Shown here: one piece after another, positions 37,943 through 50,938 of the stretch
Position numbering within the stretch: position 1 is the stretch's first letter
Layout: each line of letters begins with the position of its first letter
Source of the DNA: Elsinoe ampelina
Lineage: Eukaryota
Length of the DNA: 64,000 nt
NCBI GenBank assembly: GCA_010093995.1
Contig: ML992502.1
Coordinates: 635,717-699,716 of the forward strand
Direction of reading: 5' to 3'
Translations under genes and position numbers: made by a program
The notes under the pieces: generated by a model
What the model was told of the DNA's origin: nothing
Database searches by the model: none
The model's input: the letters and a program-made list of their open reading frames with translations, nothing else

Positions 37943-38693
37943 CTACTCCCCTTCGCCCACCTCCCCAACTCCCCTTCCCCAACCCCACCACCTCTTCCCC
38001 CTTCCCATTCCCCCTACCCTCCGCCTCCCTCTCCACCAAACACCCAAAGTCACCACCAACCTCAACACATCCACATCCCTCCCCCTCCCCCAACTCCAAG
38101 TCCTCCACACCCCCCACCCCATCCACCCAACTACCACCGCCCCCGCGAACAAGCAAATCAAACTCACCCCCAATATCACCGGCACGTACATAATCCGATA
38201 GACATCCCCCCTCGTCCCCCTCCCTCTCACTTACACAAAATCCACCCCGATCCGATGCGGAACCAGCGTCAGAGGCCAGTATCGCCTTCCTTTTGGGGTT
38301 GTGTTCGTTGAACGCACTAGTCCGAGCTGATCCATCCCAGAAGAAGTTGACGCAGGTAGCAAGAGTAGGACCAATGACGGCGCTACAGAGCACGTCAATC
38401 GCCTTCGCCAGAACCTGGGTCATCCTACCACCAATGTTGGCGCCAGCAAATGCCCATGCCGCTGCATCCTTCCTGGCAGTGACAGAGCCCCAGACAATGC
38501 CGATCAACAAGGGTGCAATGGCTGTGATGACTATAATTCCGTAGTTGAATTTCCAACCAGGAAAGTTGCCGAGCAGGTTTCTCCGTCTGGTAGGCTTCTG
38601 AATGATCTCACGCTGTAAAGGAGCCTTTCCGCTGTCTGTCACAGCTGACAGCAGCACTGTAGCTTGTTTCGTGTCGTCTTTCGAGGAAATCAT
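37943..38693 (-). pseudogene. Probable truncated or internally deleted membrane-protein gene
   Basis: N-terminal TM region (GGRMTQVLAKAIDVLCSAVIGP...FFW) runs into low complexity, while a protein-like TM segment (YRIMYVPVILGVSLICLFAG...DVLRLVV) follows in another frame. Confidence 0.4.
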
Positions 38694-39399
38694 TGTTGAT
38701 GCTAGTTCAGCAGCGCTCCGAAATCATGCTTCAGCTCGACCAGTCCGGAAAAGACGACAACTCAACAAAAGCAGACATATGAGAGATGCAAGAAGTCCAG
38801 AATGTTACACACCGCAGCGGGCACTGTCCTCGGTGAGCAGTAGTGTCGTCTAACATCTCAGCTCAAAGCACGGTCCTTTTGATACCAATGAGAAGAGATG
38901 GAAGAGCTCGACCAACAAGGCCTCCCTTACCTCTGGTTCACCTCTAATTCGAGCACGCACTACAGTGCGTATATAGTGTCATGGCGGATACTGCACTGTT
39001 TGGACAGATTCGAGGTAGTGTTTGGTCCGATGAGTGGCATCTGTTTCGAAGTGGGTTGCCATGAATTTCTCTGCAAATGTAATGAATGTCCACAGCTGTT
39101 CAGTCGTCGATTGCCTACGAATACCGTACCGTCTCCCCACTGCTGCTTCTGGCATTGCCGTGATTGTGAATACGAACTATGAGGAAGCGTAGAGTATGCC
39201 TTGTGGGACTTGTGTTGTCCGTGGGAGGAGTAGAAAGTAGACGTGTTAGATAGCGATGAACGGTCCACCCCGGTGCTTCTGTGCCGCCCGTTGATTGAGC
39301 CAGATTGTGAGCCATCCATGCCGTGTCTTGAGCTGACCTTGTTATTCCTACACCTCAACAAAAGCTCCTGTCCTTGGATTCTGCAATGGCTTCTGGTAT

Positions 39400-40755
39400 G
39401 TGTCCGTCGTGAGTATGCGTCTCTTGTCATGGCCGAAATATTCATACACTCTATTGGGTGGCACTGAAGGCATCTACGCTCAACCCAAAACTTCCGCCCT
39501 CATCAGCAAGCCAGTAATAAGCCTTGCAATTATATACCTCGTCGCGCTCATTACGGTCTGGTACAGCAAAGGTGGAGATCCCACGTCTTGGTTCTTCAAT
39601 GAGGACATAGGATACAAGGCGGTCTACTCCTCCTTCCGCCAGCAGCAAGCAGTCAGCTTTATCGAGGACATCACCAAGTACGATGACCGATTCAAGCCAA
39701 AGCATGGCGAGACAACCATCTGCTTGGGTGTGCCGACCTTTGCCAGGCGTGGCGCTCGCTACTTTCGCAGCACGATAGGATCACTTCTGCACAATCTCGA
39801 TCCAGTTGAGAGGAGAAGGATATACCTGATGCCTTTTGTCACCCACACCAATCCACTCAACCACCCTGCCTTCAAGGAACCATGGTTGGAAAAGGTCTCG
39901 GATCGAGTCCTGACATACAATCAGACAGAGGAAGGGTTCGAGCACATTGAAGAGCTGGAAGAGAAGCTTGCGTTCCGAGAGAAAGCATTGCTGGACTACA
40001 TCCACCTCCTACAAGCCTGCCAGAACACAGGGACAGATTACACAGTCATTCTGGAAGACGATGTCATCGCCATGGACGGCTGGTTTCACCGCACCGTTCA
40101 CGCACTCGAATGGCTACAAACCACCAGCCCAAACTTCCTCTACCTCCGACTCTTCTTCACCGAAGAATTCCTCGGCTGGAACTCGGAGAATTGGAAGACC
40201 TACCTCCTCGCATCTCTCCTCACGGTCCTCCTCGTCTGCGTCACCCAGCTCTACGCCCGCAAACGCTCCACCCTCGCCCAGCGCCACCTCGACACCCGCT
40301 TCATCCTCTCCATCACCCTCCTCTACACCCCGCTCTGCATCCTCCTCTTCTTCGCCTCGGGCACGGGTCTGGTTCGGAAATGGCGGTACCCCTCCGTCGT
40401 CAACCCCATGCCCGCCTACGGTTGCTGCGGACAAGGTTTCGTCTTCTCGCGCCACATGGCGGAGAAGCTGATTCCTTACTACCGCGACAAGAAGCTTGGA
40501 TTCGTGGACGTGCTGACGGAGGAGTACGGGGATGCGCATCCTGAGAATGTGAGGTATGCGCTCATGCCGAGTGTATTGCAGCATGTCGGGGCGACGACGT
40601 CGAAGGAAGGGGTGGACGATAAGCCGGATCCGATGGAGAAGCACGTGAGGACTATTTCGGAGAAGATGTGGAATTTTGAGTTTGAAAGGTATAATCCGGT
40701 TGTGCTGAAGGGGGAGCATGAGGTGGCTTTGAGACGGATGGAGGGGGTGGATTGA
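39400..40755 (+). CDS. Integral membrane GT-A glycosyltransferase-like protein; true start uncertain
   Basis: N-terminal TM helix, ICLGVPTFAR, VILEDDVIA, LYLRLFFTE, two internal TM helices, CCGQGFVFSR, PSVLQHVG. Confidence 0.75.
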   Translation: MSVVSMRLLSWPKYSYTLLGGTEGIYAQPKTSALISKPVISLAIIYLVALITVWYSKGGDPTSWFFNEDIGYKAVYSSFRQQQAVSFIEDITKYDDRFKPKHGETTICLGVPTFARRGARYFRSTIGSLLHNLDPVERRRIYLMPFVTHTNPLNHPAFKEPWLEKVSDRVLTYNQTEEGFEHIEELEEKLAFREKALLDYIHLLQACQNTGTDYTVILEDDVIAMDGWFHRTVHALEWLQTTSPNFLYLRLFFTEEFLGWNSENWKTYLLASLLTVLLVCVTQLYARKRSTLAQRHLDTRFILSITLLYTPLCILLFFASGTGLVRKWRYPSVVNPMPAYGCCGQGFVFSRHMAEKLIPYYRDKKLGFVDVLTEEYGDAHPENVRYALMPSVLQHVGATTSKEGVDDKPDPMEKHVRTISEKMWNFEFERYNPVVLKGEHEVALRRMEGVD

Positions 40756-40914
40756 TGTTGGCGTAAGATACCCTGTAGTTTGCGATTCATGGCTCGAACA
40801 GTGTCACATGTCACTAACCTTCCCAACATGTCGAGCGAAACAATTGTCTTGACAAATGGTTAACAGATCCCCGCCCCCTCATCACATCACCAATCCCTCA
40901 CGTCCTCCTCCCTC

Positions 40915-42780
40915 CTACTCCCTCCAAGTCTCCGTGATAAAATCCGCCGCTCTCTCCGCAATAGCATACACCCCCGTCTGAATATGCCCCGGCGGCAAAA
41001 TCGGCATCACACTCGCGTCCACCACCCTCAATCCCTGTGTCCCATACACCCTCAGTTCCGGATCCACCACGCCCCCCTTCTCCCTCGGCAACATCGCACA
41101 AGTGCCCACAGGATGGTAGATCGTCAACACCGTATCCCGGATGTACTGTCTGATCTGCTCGTCCGTCTGCACCGCGGGACCAGGCTCGTACTCGCTCTCC
41201 CAGCTTTGTCTCAGGGGAAAGGTATTGGCGATGCGGCGGGCGTACTTTATCGCTGCTACCAAAGCTTCGACTTCGTACTCGTACGAGAGATAGTTGGGGT
41301 TTATCAGAGGGGTCGCGCTGGGGGCGAGGGAGGAGATGTGGATGCTGCCGACGGAGAGGGGGTGTTGCAGGGCGGAGATGAGGGTGATGAAGCCTTTGCC
41401 GTAGAGGGTCGAGTTGACGGGTGGGTAGCCTTTGACGCCTGTGTAGCCGTCGGAGAAGATGATTTCGAGTTGCGGGACGTTGTCGCCCAAAGGGGTGGTG
41501 AGGTATTTGAGCTTTTCGGCGGCAATGGGGGAGGTGCTGTTGCTGAGGGCGCGGGTGGCGAGGGAGATTAGTGCGGAGGAGGAGTTACCGAGGATGGAGG
41601 GCCAGGTGCCGAAGAAGTAGGCGCTGCCGGTGTAGTCGTAGGCAGAGGGTTGGGATTGACCCCAGAGGGAAAGCTGTTCGGCGGCGTAGACGGGGTCGTA
41701 GCGGAGTTTGTCGAAGGAGGTGTAGTTGTCTCGGAGTTGGAACGAGGTCTGCACGCGAATGTGGTCTTGAAGGTTTTCGCCGACTGGGAGGGAGAGGCGG
41801 ACTGGTACCCCGAGAGGTTCGAGAGTAGAGGTCAGTCCCACACCGGATCGCTCGAGAATACCCGGTGACTGAATGCTTCCAGCGGAAAGAATCACCTCCT
41901 TGTTCGCTTGAACAATCTCGCCAGTAGACAACGTGACACCCGTGGCATGCAGATCACCATTCTCTCCATCCTCGAGAAGAATAGTATCGACAAGCGTATT
42001 TGCCCTCAACTCTAGGTTGTATCCGGTCCCAATGAAGTATGTGTTGGCACTGTAGGTTCTTGTATAGGTTGCGGGATCGACATTGCTCGGCTGATAGGCT
42101 GCACCAGTTGGGTCACCTGCCAGAGATTCAAAGTTGGCCTCTATACCGAGTTCAGCGAATGTGGGCAGCCAATACGTTTGCTGTGTTGGCTGATTTCGGT
42201 TGATCACAGTATCGATTGGGCCGCCGAAGCCGACACCATCAAAGCCATACTTGTCCGAGTTCTGACCTGTAAAGTTCTCTACTTTGAGCATAGCCTCATA
42301 CATGGTCTCCCAGTTCCAATCCGGATTTCCAAGAGTCTCCCAGGAGTCATAATCGGCGACTGATGGACGATCCCACGACATGAGGTTAAGAGCAGAGCTT
42401 CCACCGACGACTTTGCCACGTGCAGCTGTGATTCTACGACGACTGGCATTCTCCTGCGGAATGGTAGTAAAGTTCCAGTCATATGAGGTTCCAAGGGTGG
42501 ATCCTTTGCGGCCAGGTATGTTGATGCGAGGTTCATCTGGAGCATAAGGACCGGCTTCGACTACTAGTATCCGGTCGAGCGGGAATCTGTCACTCAATCG
42601 TGAGGCGAGGGCGATGCCAGCTGTGCCTCCACCAACGACAATCTGGGTTCAAACGTCAGCGCTTCATTGACCGAAATCCCAGATGACGCTCACAAAGTCA
42701 TATGGTTCAGTGATGTTGCTAGAGGTCGGAGCCGCTGTGGTTAAAGCAGCCAGTGCCAGAAGGCCGACGGAGAGGATCAT
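40915..42780 (-). CDS. Secreted GMC oxidoreductase (AA3); one 5' intron
   Basis: MILSVGLLALAALTTA signal, YDF|IVVGGGTAG, RGKVVGGSSALN, EVILSAGSIQSP, YHPVGT and GHIQ. Confidence 0.93.
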
Positions 42781-44036
42781 TGCAAGGCTCTTCGTCGGTC
42801 TCTTACGAAGATTGTGGCGGAGCGCTGTGGATGAGTTCAAATCAAGCAGACACAACACATGAGGTCGGGGAAGTAGAATGATTAGATACAGTAATGGAAA
42901 TAGCCCAAACCAAGGTGGCGCAAAACAAAGCTATTCTACGCCATTAGAAATGCACAACTTCTGCCAGATGTTGCGCGGCACCACATGCTACTCGGCAAAA
43001 TTAAGTGGGACCTGGATCCTAATGATCTGCCTCTACATGACACAGGGCCGAAAGGATTTTGGACAGGAAATGCGGCGCAGAAGGGTGTTTGAGATTTGAT
43101 GAAAATCATGAATGGTCCGTCGACAGCTGGGCATAGTCAGCACGATCTTGTGGCACCTGCCCAAACAGGTTCTGGAGGGCAAAGGATACGGAAAGGTCGT
43201 TGATCGTAAGGAAATAGTGGTAGATCATCGACGTCGGGACTGGCGGATGCCCTGTTGCCCTGCTACCCTAGGTCCTCTCGGGTAAAGACTGCGGGTCTTT
43301 AACGGAGCGCACCAAGGGAAGAAGCAATGGAAGGGAAATTTTGGAAGAGGTCGTCAAAACGAAAAAGGTTGATGATGAACGACGGCGGCGCCACCTCGTC
43401 CCGTCGTCGTTTGGCTTTTTTCCCGCCGAACCAAACCCACAAGTTCAGAAAACTCTCCAACGACTACACTTCATCGCGCGTCGTAAGGATTCAGTCCATG
43501 GAATCGACAAGCCATCGAAACATCGAACACGTGCGCTCATTCGTACATGGAGCCCCCGGCTGCGGGATATGGAGGACTTCTGCACTGCAATCTATCAACC
43601 GAATCCGCCCCACATCCACTACCTCTCACTGTGCCACAATGAGCATATTGGCTGCATGAACAACAAATCACAGAGCGCCATTTCGCCGGTCGATCGCGTA
43701 AACCTCGCAGGAACCGACGCGAACGCCCTGCAGGACCAAGGGGGACCCTCCGACAAACCTGACTCTCGTCCACTTCCCAGCCCTAAAGTGCCTTGGTGAT
43801 GGATCTTGCTCCCTTCTGGGAATGTCGCATGCATCGACCCACCGGTTTATGCCTGCTTTTTGCGTGCTCGAGCCATATTAGATGAAAGTGGTGAGTGACT
43901 TGCTGTAGCGAGCTGGCATGTGGTCGCACCACAATGGTATATCCTACCTGCTTTTCCTCCGTCTTTCTATGCTGCTTTGAATCATCCTATTCACGCATGA
44001 GAGGAGCTCAAGCATCGACCTTGACACAGCCTCGAC

Positions 44037-45319
44037 ATGGCAAGAGCCGACGATGATCTAGGCCCGACATTCATCGTCCTCACCTCCGTACTCACCACTT
44101 TATCGATAGCTACCATATGTATGCGATGGTCAACTAGGATTGGCAAACGAGCTCTTGGCTACGATGATTTCACAATGGCCATCGCTGTGGTCTTTACGAT
44201 TCCTCGCCTTGTCCTCCAGATCTTGAGTGTTGGCTACGGAAATGGAAGACATGTTGAATTTCTCACACTCGCAAACTACCAGATGATCAACAAGCTTGGC
44301 TGGGCGACACAGATCATTCTATTCCCCTGCACAGCTCTGGTCAAAGTTTCGATATGCTTGTTGTGCTTAAGAATCAAATCCACCAGGAAGCTCAAGTACT
44401 TTCTCTCAGCGGTCATGGTCGGCATCGTGATCATCAATGCTATACCATGGATCATCCTGCTCTCCGAATGTCGACCCATCTCGGCATACTGGAGACCTTC
44501 AGATGGCAAATGCTGGAACCCTAAGATCCGGACCTCGGTGATTTACATGACTATTGGTAAACACTGTTGGCTCTCCATGACATGCCACAATGCTAAGACA
44601 TGCCCAGCATATAATATCGTCATCGACTTGTTGTGCACTTCTCTACCCATGATTGCCGTACGTGGTCTACAGATTGCAAGGACCAAGAAGCTTCTTGTCT
44701 GTGGCCTGGTCGGTCTTGGACTCATGTAAGCAACATCTTCTCCATGAAGTAATGCTACTGACATGAACCAAGTGCTTCGGGTTGTGCTTGTGGCAGAGCT
44801 TGGTCACTATCCCTGAACCTCAAAGACTTGTCATGGTCATACTGTATCGCCGCGATGTGGTCAAAGTGAGCAATCACAATCCACTCACTACTACCTACTG
44901 ACATGTCCAGCTGCGAGCTCCACGTCAGCATCATCGCCTCGAACCTGACCTCCGCTCCGTCCTTCATCGGCCAAGTCCGCAAATTCCTCAACCCACGGCC
45001 ACCATCGTACTACCAATCGACCTACGGCAACAGCCATACCTCCAACCGAGCTCGCAGCGACGGCTCTCACCTGAACGACGGCCTTCAAACACAAGACGAG
45101 CAATACGCCCTCAAGCCCACGAACAACACCCACGTCAGCTGCCGGCGCACTTCCAGCACCATCAGCCTCAACCCCATTCACGTCCCACAAGAAGACGACA
45201 CAACCATCATGATCACACGACGAATCGACCACCAAATCCTACCCAACCACTCCCAACCCCCACAAAGCCTGGAATCCAGTCCACCCAGCACGAAGAGCTC
45301 GGAGCAATGGGGACACTAA
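44037..45319 (+). CDS. PTH11-like seven-TM integral membrane protein (no CFEM domain); three introns
   Basis: R...LGYDD, GYGNGRH, KVSICLLCLRI, CRPISAYW...GKC, NIVIDL...LP, ELHVSIIASNL. Confidence 0.85.
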
Positions 45320-45367
45320 ACTTTCACATTGACAAACACATCTGTAACATATCTGTACATAACGGCC

Positions 45368-47192
45368 TCAATTCACCTTCAACGCACTCACCACCCTGTC
45401 CACCAACCCCTCCTGCCCACCCGCTCCCTTCCGCACCTCAAACCCCGCAAACCCCCCATCAATCTCCCTCCTAATCTCCCGCTCATACCTCGGGAACCCG
45501 CCCGCGAAATTCAACTGCTCCCTCGGCTTCCCCGGCACGTTGGCGCCCATGTACCACGACGAGGTGCCGGGAAACAGGGTTTTGTCACTGAGTTCGGTGA
45601 CGAGTTGGCGCCAGGACTCTTCCGAGGATTTCTTGGCGTTGAGGTAGGTGATGCCTTCGGATTTGCACTTCGCGATGGCGTCGACGATCCAGTCGCCTTG
45701 GACTTCGACGCAGGTGGGGCCGTTGGAGAAGGCGGTGGGGCCTTGGGCGCCGTAGAGGAAGAACATGTTCTGTGAGATGGGCGTCAGTATGTTGGACGGA
45801 GAAGGAGGGGATGGGTGGGGGAAAGGGGGGAAGGGGGAAGGGGGGAATGGAGAGGCTGACCGGGTATCCATTGCATGTCATGCCCATGTAGCTCCACGTG
45901 CCCAGCTTCCATTTCTCGCTCAGCAACTCGCCGTTTTCGTCGCGGAGGCCCATGTTCTTCATGCCGCCCGTCACCGAGTCGAAACCGGTGGCCAATGCGA
46001 TGATGTCGAACTCGTGCAGCTTACCGTCCGAGGTGACGATGCCGTTCTCTTTCACCTCGAGGATGGGGTTTTCTTTGATGTTGATGACATTGTTTTGTGG
46101 TTTGTCGAGTTGCTCGTAAAAGTCCTGCTCGAGACTGGGCCGTTTGGTACCCCATGCGTGAGGGGCCTCGAGGGGGGCGAGGATGTCGCGCTTCTTGGGA
46201 TCGGAAATTCGCTCGCGGGTCTTCTTCACCCAGAACTTGTAAGCTTCGTCGTTGGCCTCTTTTACGTAGAGCATGTCGTCGTAGGTGGCGAGCCAATAGT
46301 GGAAGCCGCCCTTGTCCCACAGATCTTGGTAGAAGGCTTCCCGTTGTTCCGGGGTGTCGTCGAGAGTTTTGCGCTTGACAAAGTCGAACGGGAACCCGGC
46401 AAAGGTCGTGAGGCGGTAGGTGTATAGCTCAGGATACTTGGCCTTGGCTTTGTCTTGTTCTTCTTTCGTGAGCTTGCGTTGGCGCATGGGTAGGCAGAGG
46501 TTCGGTGTCCGTTGGAAGACAGTGATGGAGTCGGCTTCTTTGGCGGTCTCTTGGGCAATCTGGATGCCAGTACTACCAGTGCCGATTACGGCGACTCGCT
46601 TGCCTTTGACATTGACGCCTTCTTGTGGCCAGAAGGAAGAGTGGTACATCTCACCCTTGAAGGTATCAAGGCCCTTCCAGTCCGGAAAGTGGCGCTTGGC
46701 CGCGAAGCCGATGGCGTTGATGAAGTAGCGTGCATGAGCGGTCCGGCCATCCTCAGTCTTGATGTCCCACATGTGCGTGGACTTGTTGAATTGTGCCCCG
46801 ATGACTCGTGTGTTGAAGGCGACATCCTTCTTCACATCAAGGACCTTCTCGACGTGTTCGAAGTAGTCTCGCAGCTCTTGAAAGCCAGGGTACTTCTCTG
46901 TCCATGTCCAATCCTTCCATACCTTCTCTAGCGAGTACTCGTAGATGGGGACTTCTGTGTCAACGCGAGCGCCGGGATAGCAATTCCAGTGCCAGATTCC
47001 ACCAAGGTTTGTGCCAGCTTCATAAATCTTGCAGTCAAATCCTAGCTCATCTCGAAGACGATGTAAGAGGTAGACTCCGCCAAAGCCGGCGCCGACAATC
47101 AACACATCGCAGGTGAGGTTGTCCTTGTATGTGTCGCTGTCGGGTGCTGCCTGTCCATTTGTGGCTCCGATATCTGTGCGAAAGTGTACCAT
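45368..47192 (-). CDS. Type I Baeyer-Villiger monooxygenase; intron 45770-45860
   Basis: GAGFGG, GGIWHWNCYPGARVD, fingerprint FKGEMYHSSFWP (FxGxxxHxxxWP), GTGSTG, ATGFD, YP|NMFFLYG. Confidence 0.93.
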
Positions 47193-48198
47193 GATGATCT
47201 ATATTCTGTCTGTAGTGCGTGATGGGTAGAAATAGGAGGCAGAAAGAGAAGAGGGGAATACTGGACACGCTTGACGGAGATACATGAAGCATATATCCCC
47301 GCTCTGGTTGAATCATCCAACAGCTCGAATCCCAGCTCAGCAACCCGGAAACCCTTCCGTCGATCACATCAATCTAAAGACGGTATCTAGACCGAGCCGC
47401 TCTGGAACCAGCCCAAGCATGATGATAGTCTGACCGCCGCGAATCTGTCATGTTCACTCCCGTCAAAGAGGTCCTGTTTGCCATTTGCCCGAGCATGCAT
47501 GACGTACTGAGGTGAACCTTCCCCAGATTGTGCAGGGAATAAGCTCTGTGCCCCCGCCCGGCTGGATCGATGTTTGTGCTAAAGGAGCTCAAGGCTGTGT
47601 GTGTCCTACGTCCGGTCAATCTCGGACATGTCTTGCTCTTTCCAATCGCTTCGATCCGAGTGACAGGAAGGCTTGATTTAGACCAGGGGCGAGACTGATT
47701 TTGCTGAACGTTGGGCAAGTGGTTGTGGCAATACCCCGCAATCCGATGAGGCGCGGGGTTGAAGGCGGCGTGGAGGCGGGAGGGACCAAAGATTGGATCG
47801 ATGATCGAGGCAGGTATGCCGAAGAGGTATCAAATCAATGGGTGCTCGGGATGCTCGAAACGGCAATTCCGACCATATGACATACATGAACCGCACGTGG
47901 GCTGCCAACCATGTAGCGACCTTCACCTTACCGCCCAAAGAGAAGGACGGACCTGCCTTCAAAAGAAGTGCACAATCATCAAGGGCCAGATACCACAAAG
48001 TGCGAGAATGTAATTTACACGGATGCCTTCATACCTCTTTCAAGGGCAAGAAAGATTCGCTAGTCTGCCTGGATCCACCAAAGCTCCTCAAGGGAACTGT
48101 ACATTGACCATAACCCAACGCCGTGCTCGAAGATAAGATGCTGCGCTAGTATGCTTTTGTGAGGTAACGTTCGACCAAGTCTGTTGTGAGGAAGTCAC

Positions 48199-50324
48199 TT
48201 AAAACTCCTCTCCGTCGTGATATTCGTGATCGTGTTCGTGGCGGACAGGTCCATCCTCCCGCTGTCCACCCATGAACAGACTCTCGTTGTCGTCTTCGTT
48301 GCGCCCAGTACTAGAAAGCCCATCCGGAGTCCTGTCGGTTCCCGAAAACCCACGCTGCTCATGACCAACATCCACATCTCCGTAAGGACCGTAAGGACGA
48401 CTGTACCCTTCGCTCCCTTCCTCCGAACCACGAGAGTATCCTCCATTACTTCCTCCCAAGCTCCCACTCCTCCCTTCGACAGTCTCCCTGATACCTCCTT
48501 CCAACAAGCCCCTTTCCCCAATACCACCCATGACTCTCATCGGCACACCTCCAGCACTCACTCCGAACCTACCTGGACGAGGCAGCATCTGCTCCCTCTC
48601 CTTCTCCAACTTGTTGAACCTCTCCCTGACCGCCTCTCTGCTCTTCCTCAATGTCGCCATGTGCTTTGGCCTCCACGACCTGCTCATCCTTGCGTCGTAC
48701 TCCTGCAGCCTCCACACCAACTCAGCTCTGTTACCACGGGTACTCAGACCACGACGGCGCAACCATCCGTGAAGCTCGCCGAGGGTTGCCATGCGGTCGG
48801 ACTCACGAAGGCGGCGGGTGAGGAGGGCCTTGGTCTCCTTCTCGCGGTTCTTGGACATGCCGCGCTCGATGATGAGGTTCATGAGTTCAGGCTTGGCCAT
48901 GATCTCGCGAGGGTCAAGGGCGGGATCTTCCGAGACGTCGATGTGCTCGGTGCTGGGCAGTGCTGGGCCTGGAGGGGCGGAGGGACGCGGCAAGACATTG
49001 GGAGGGAGGTAGGTGGGACGCTGGGTGAGGGCCGAGGTAAGGTTGTCGTAGGTGTGGTTGGTGGGTGAAGAGCCAGCATAAGGAGATGGGGAAGCAGTGT
49101 GATTGTTGGTGGGATAGTGGGAGGAGAAGGTGTCTCCATTGAAGTCGGGGTAGGTGTCGCCCATACCATCATGCTCATCGTCGTCGACAGCAGTGGAACG
49201 GGGGATGGGGCGTCCGCCGAAGGAGGAGGGGAGGATTGCACGGCGGCGCTCCTCATGGCGCTCTTGGGCTGCCATGGCTTCGTCGTCCTTGATCTTGTCC
49301 TCGTAATTTCGCTGGAGTATACGAAGGATGCGACGATCGCGGCTGGCCTCTGAGACCTTCGCACGTTCTTCGTCGCGATGTGCCTTCTTAGTATCTTCAC
49401 GACGGCGCACAAATTCTCCGTGGGCTTGGGTCTTGAGGTCTTTCTCAGCTTGAACTGCTGCTCGTTTGGCGGCGATTTCAGCCTTTTTGCGATCCTGCTC
49501 TGCCTTGGCGGCAAGTTTCGCAAGCGCAGCAGGGGTGTTGGCCTTTGCTGTCTCGGCCGCTTGAGCTTCACGCTCCTGATTGCGCGCTTTCTGGCGGAAG
49601 AATTCTTCTTTACGGACGGCGAGATCCAATGCGTATGCTTCAGGATCTTCGTTGAGCTCAGGCGGCTGACGAGCTGTGCCGTTGTGAAGTGAATCGAGTC
49701 GATTCTTGCAAGCAGTGGCGGAGTAGCGAGGTGTGTCAATAAGGGTGTTTACTTCAAGTGACGTGTACGTGTATAGGTTGTTGCGCGCTGCCTGAATTTC
49801 TGCGGCGACACGAGCTTCGGCCCGTGCATAAGCTTGGTGAAGAGCGTCGTCCTGTGATACGTCAGTAAAGTTAAGACGGACGTCAGGTGAATGCGACATA
49901 CCTCTCCTTCATGCCAGTCTGTCAGATCAGCTTCGAGAAGTTCGTCAGTCTGTTCTTGAATCTTCTGAACGATGCGACGGTAGCGAGATGCGATCGAGGC
50001 TGGCTTGTAGTGGGTGAAGCCGTCCTGGATCAGACGGTTGGCGATGACTGTGTCGGAATAATTGGCCGCGCGAAGATCCCAGATGAGCTGATCTTCGACA
50101 TCAAGCTCGGCGGAGATTTTCCGAGGGACTGCACTGAATGGCTTTCCGGGAGCTGGGTCGTTCAAAGTGGCTGTGCGTTCATGGTCATGTGTCATCGGCT
50201 CATCTGACTTTGTGAGTCGATCGTACTTGTCAATCGGTGCAGTCTGTCACTCACCTTCGTCCTCAGGGAAGAGATCATCAACCGGATCGTTGAATGGATT
50301 TGGTGCTCGATAGGTTCCAGACAT
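48199..50324 (-). CDS. Hypothetical nuclear protein with an HTH/Myb-like N-terminal region, coiled coil and SAP-like motifs; two introns
   Basis: Exons MSGTYRAPNPF..., EDQLIWDLRAANYSDTVIANRL...IASRYRRI...WHEGE|DDALHQAY; SAP-like ELHGWLRRRGLSTRGNRAELVWRL. Confidence 0.65.
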
Positions 50325-50938
50325 GATGATGGGGCGTCAGCTTGTCAAACTGCGAAGCTTTGGCTGTGAAGGTTGGACGGTGATGGATGTTGTTGCCGAT
50401 GGACGAATGACGGCTACAGTGACATAGGATGCCGGCTGAGATCGAGGCTCGGAGAGTTGAATACGATCTTTCAACAATATGATTGGTTGGCGGGGATGAG
50501 AATGAGGTAATGTTTCAAAGGTGGCTTGAGAGAGGCGACGCAGAAAAGCGACTACTTGGCAGCATGTGATATCGAAGGTGGTGGACTCTTCGATCAAGCG
50601 TACCGTGAATCGAAGCTTTGCAGCAGTATTGAGGAAAGGAATTTTCGACCAAAAGATACTGCTCTATGTGCTTTGTCAAGACCCACTATAACTCACCATA
50701 TCATGTATGAGAGCTTCCTCTCATGTGATCTTCTCTTGGCATCTTGTGTTCGGCACGGAATCTACAAAGGAGCACGAGAAAGAATGGAAGAGTGACCTGC
50801 CTCTTCTTATGGGTAACACACACTTGCCGACGCCATATCTATATTTGCATGAGCAGGTCTGTGAAGCAAGGGTGGGACTGCTGTACAAGTCTCATGGCCG
50901 CATTGACCTCTTCTTTGACCACGGTCCAGGATCGAATA

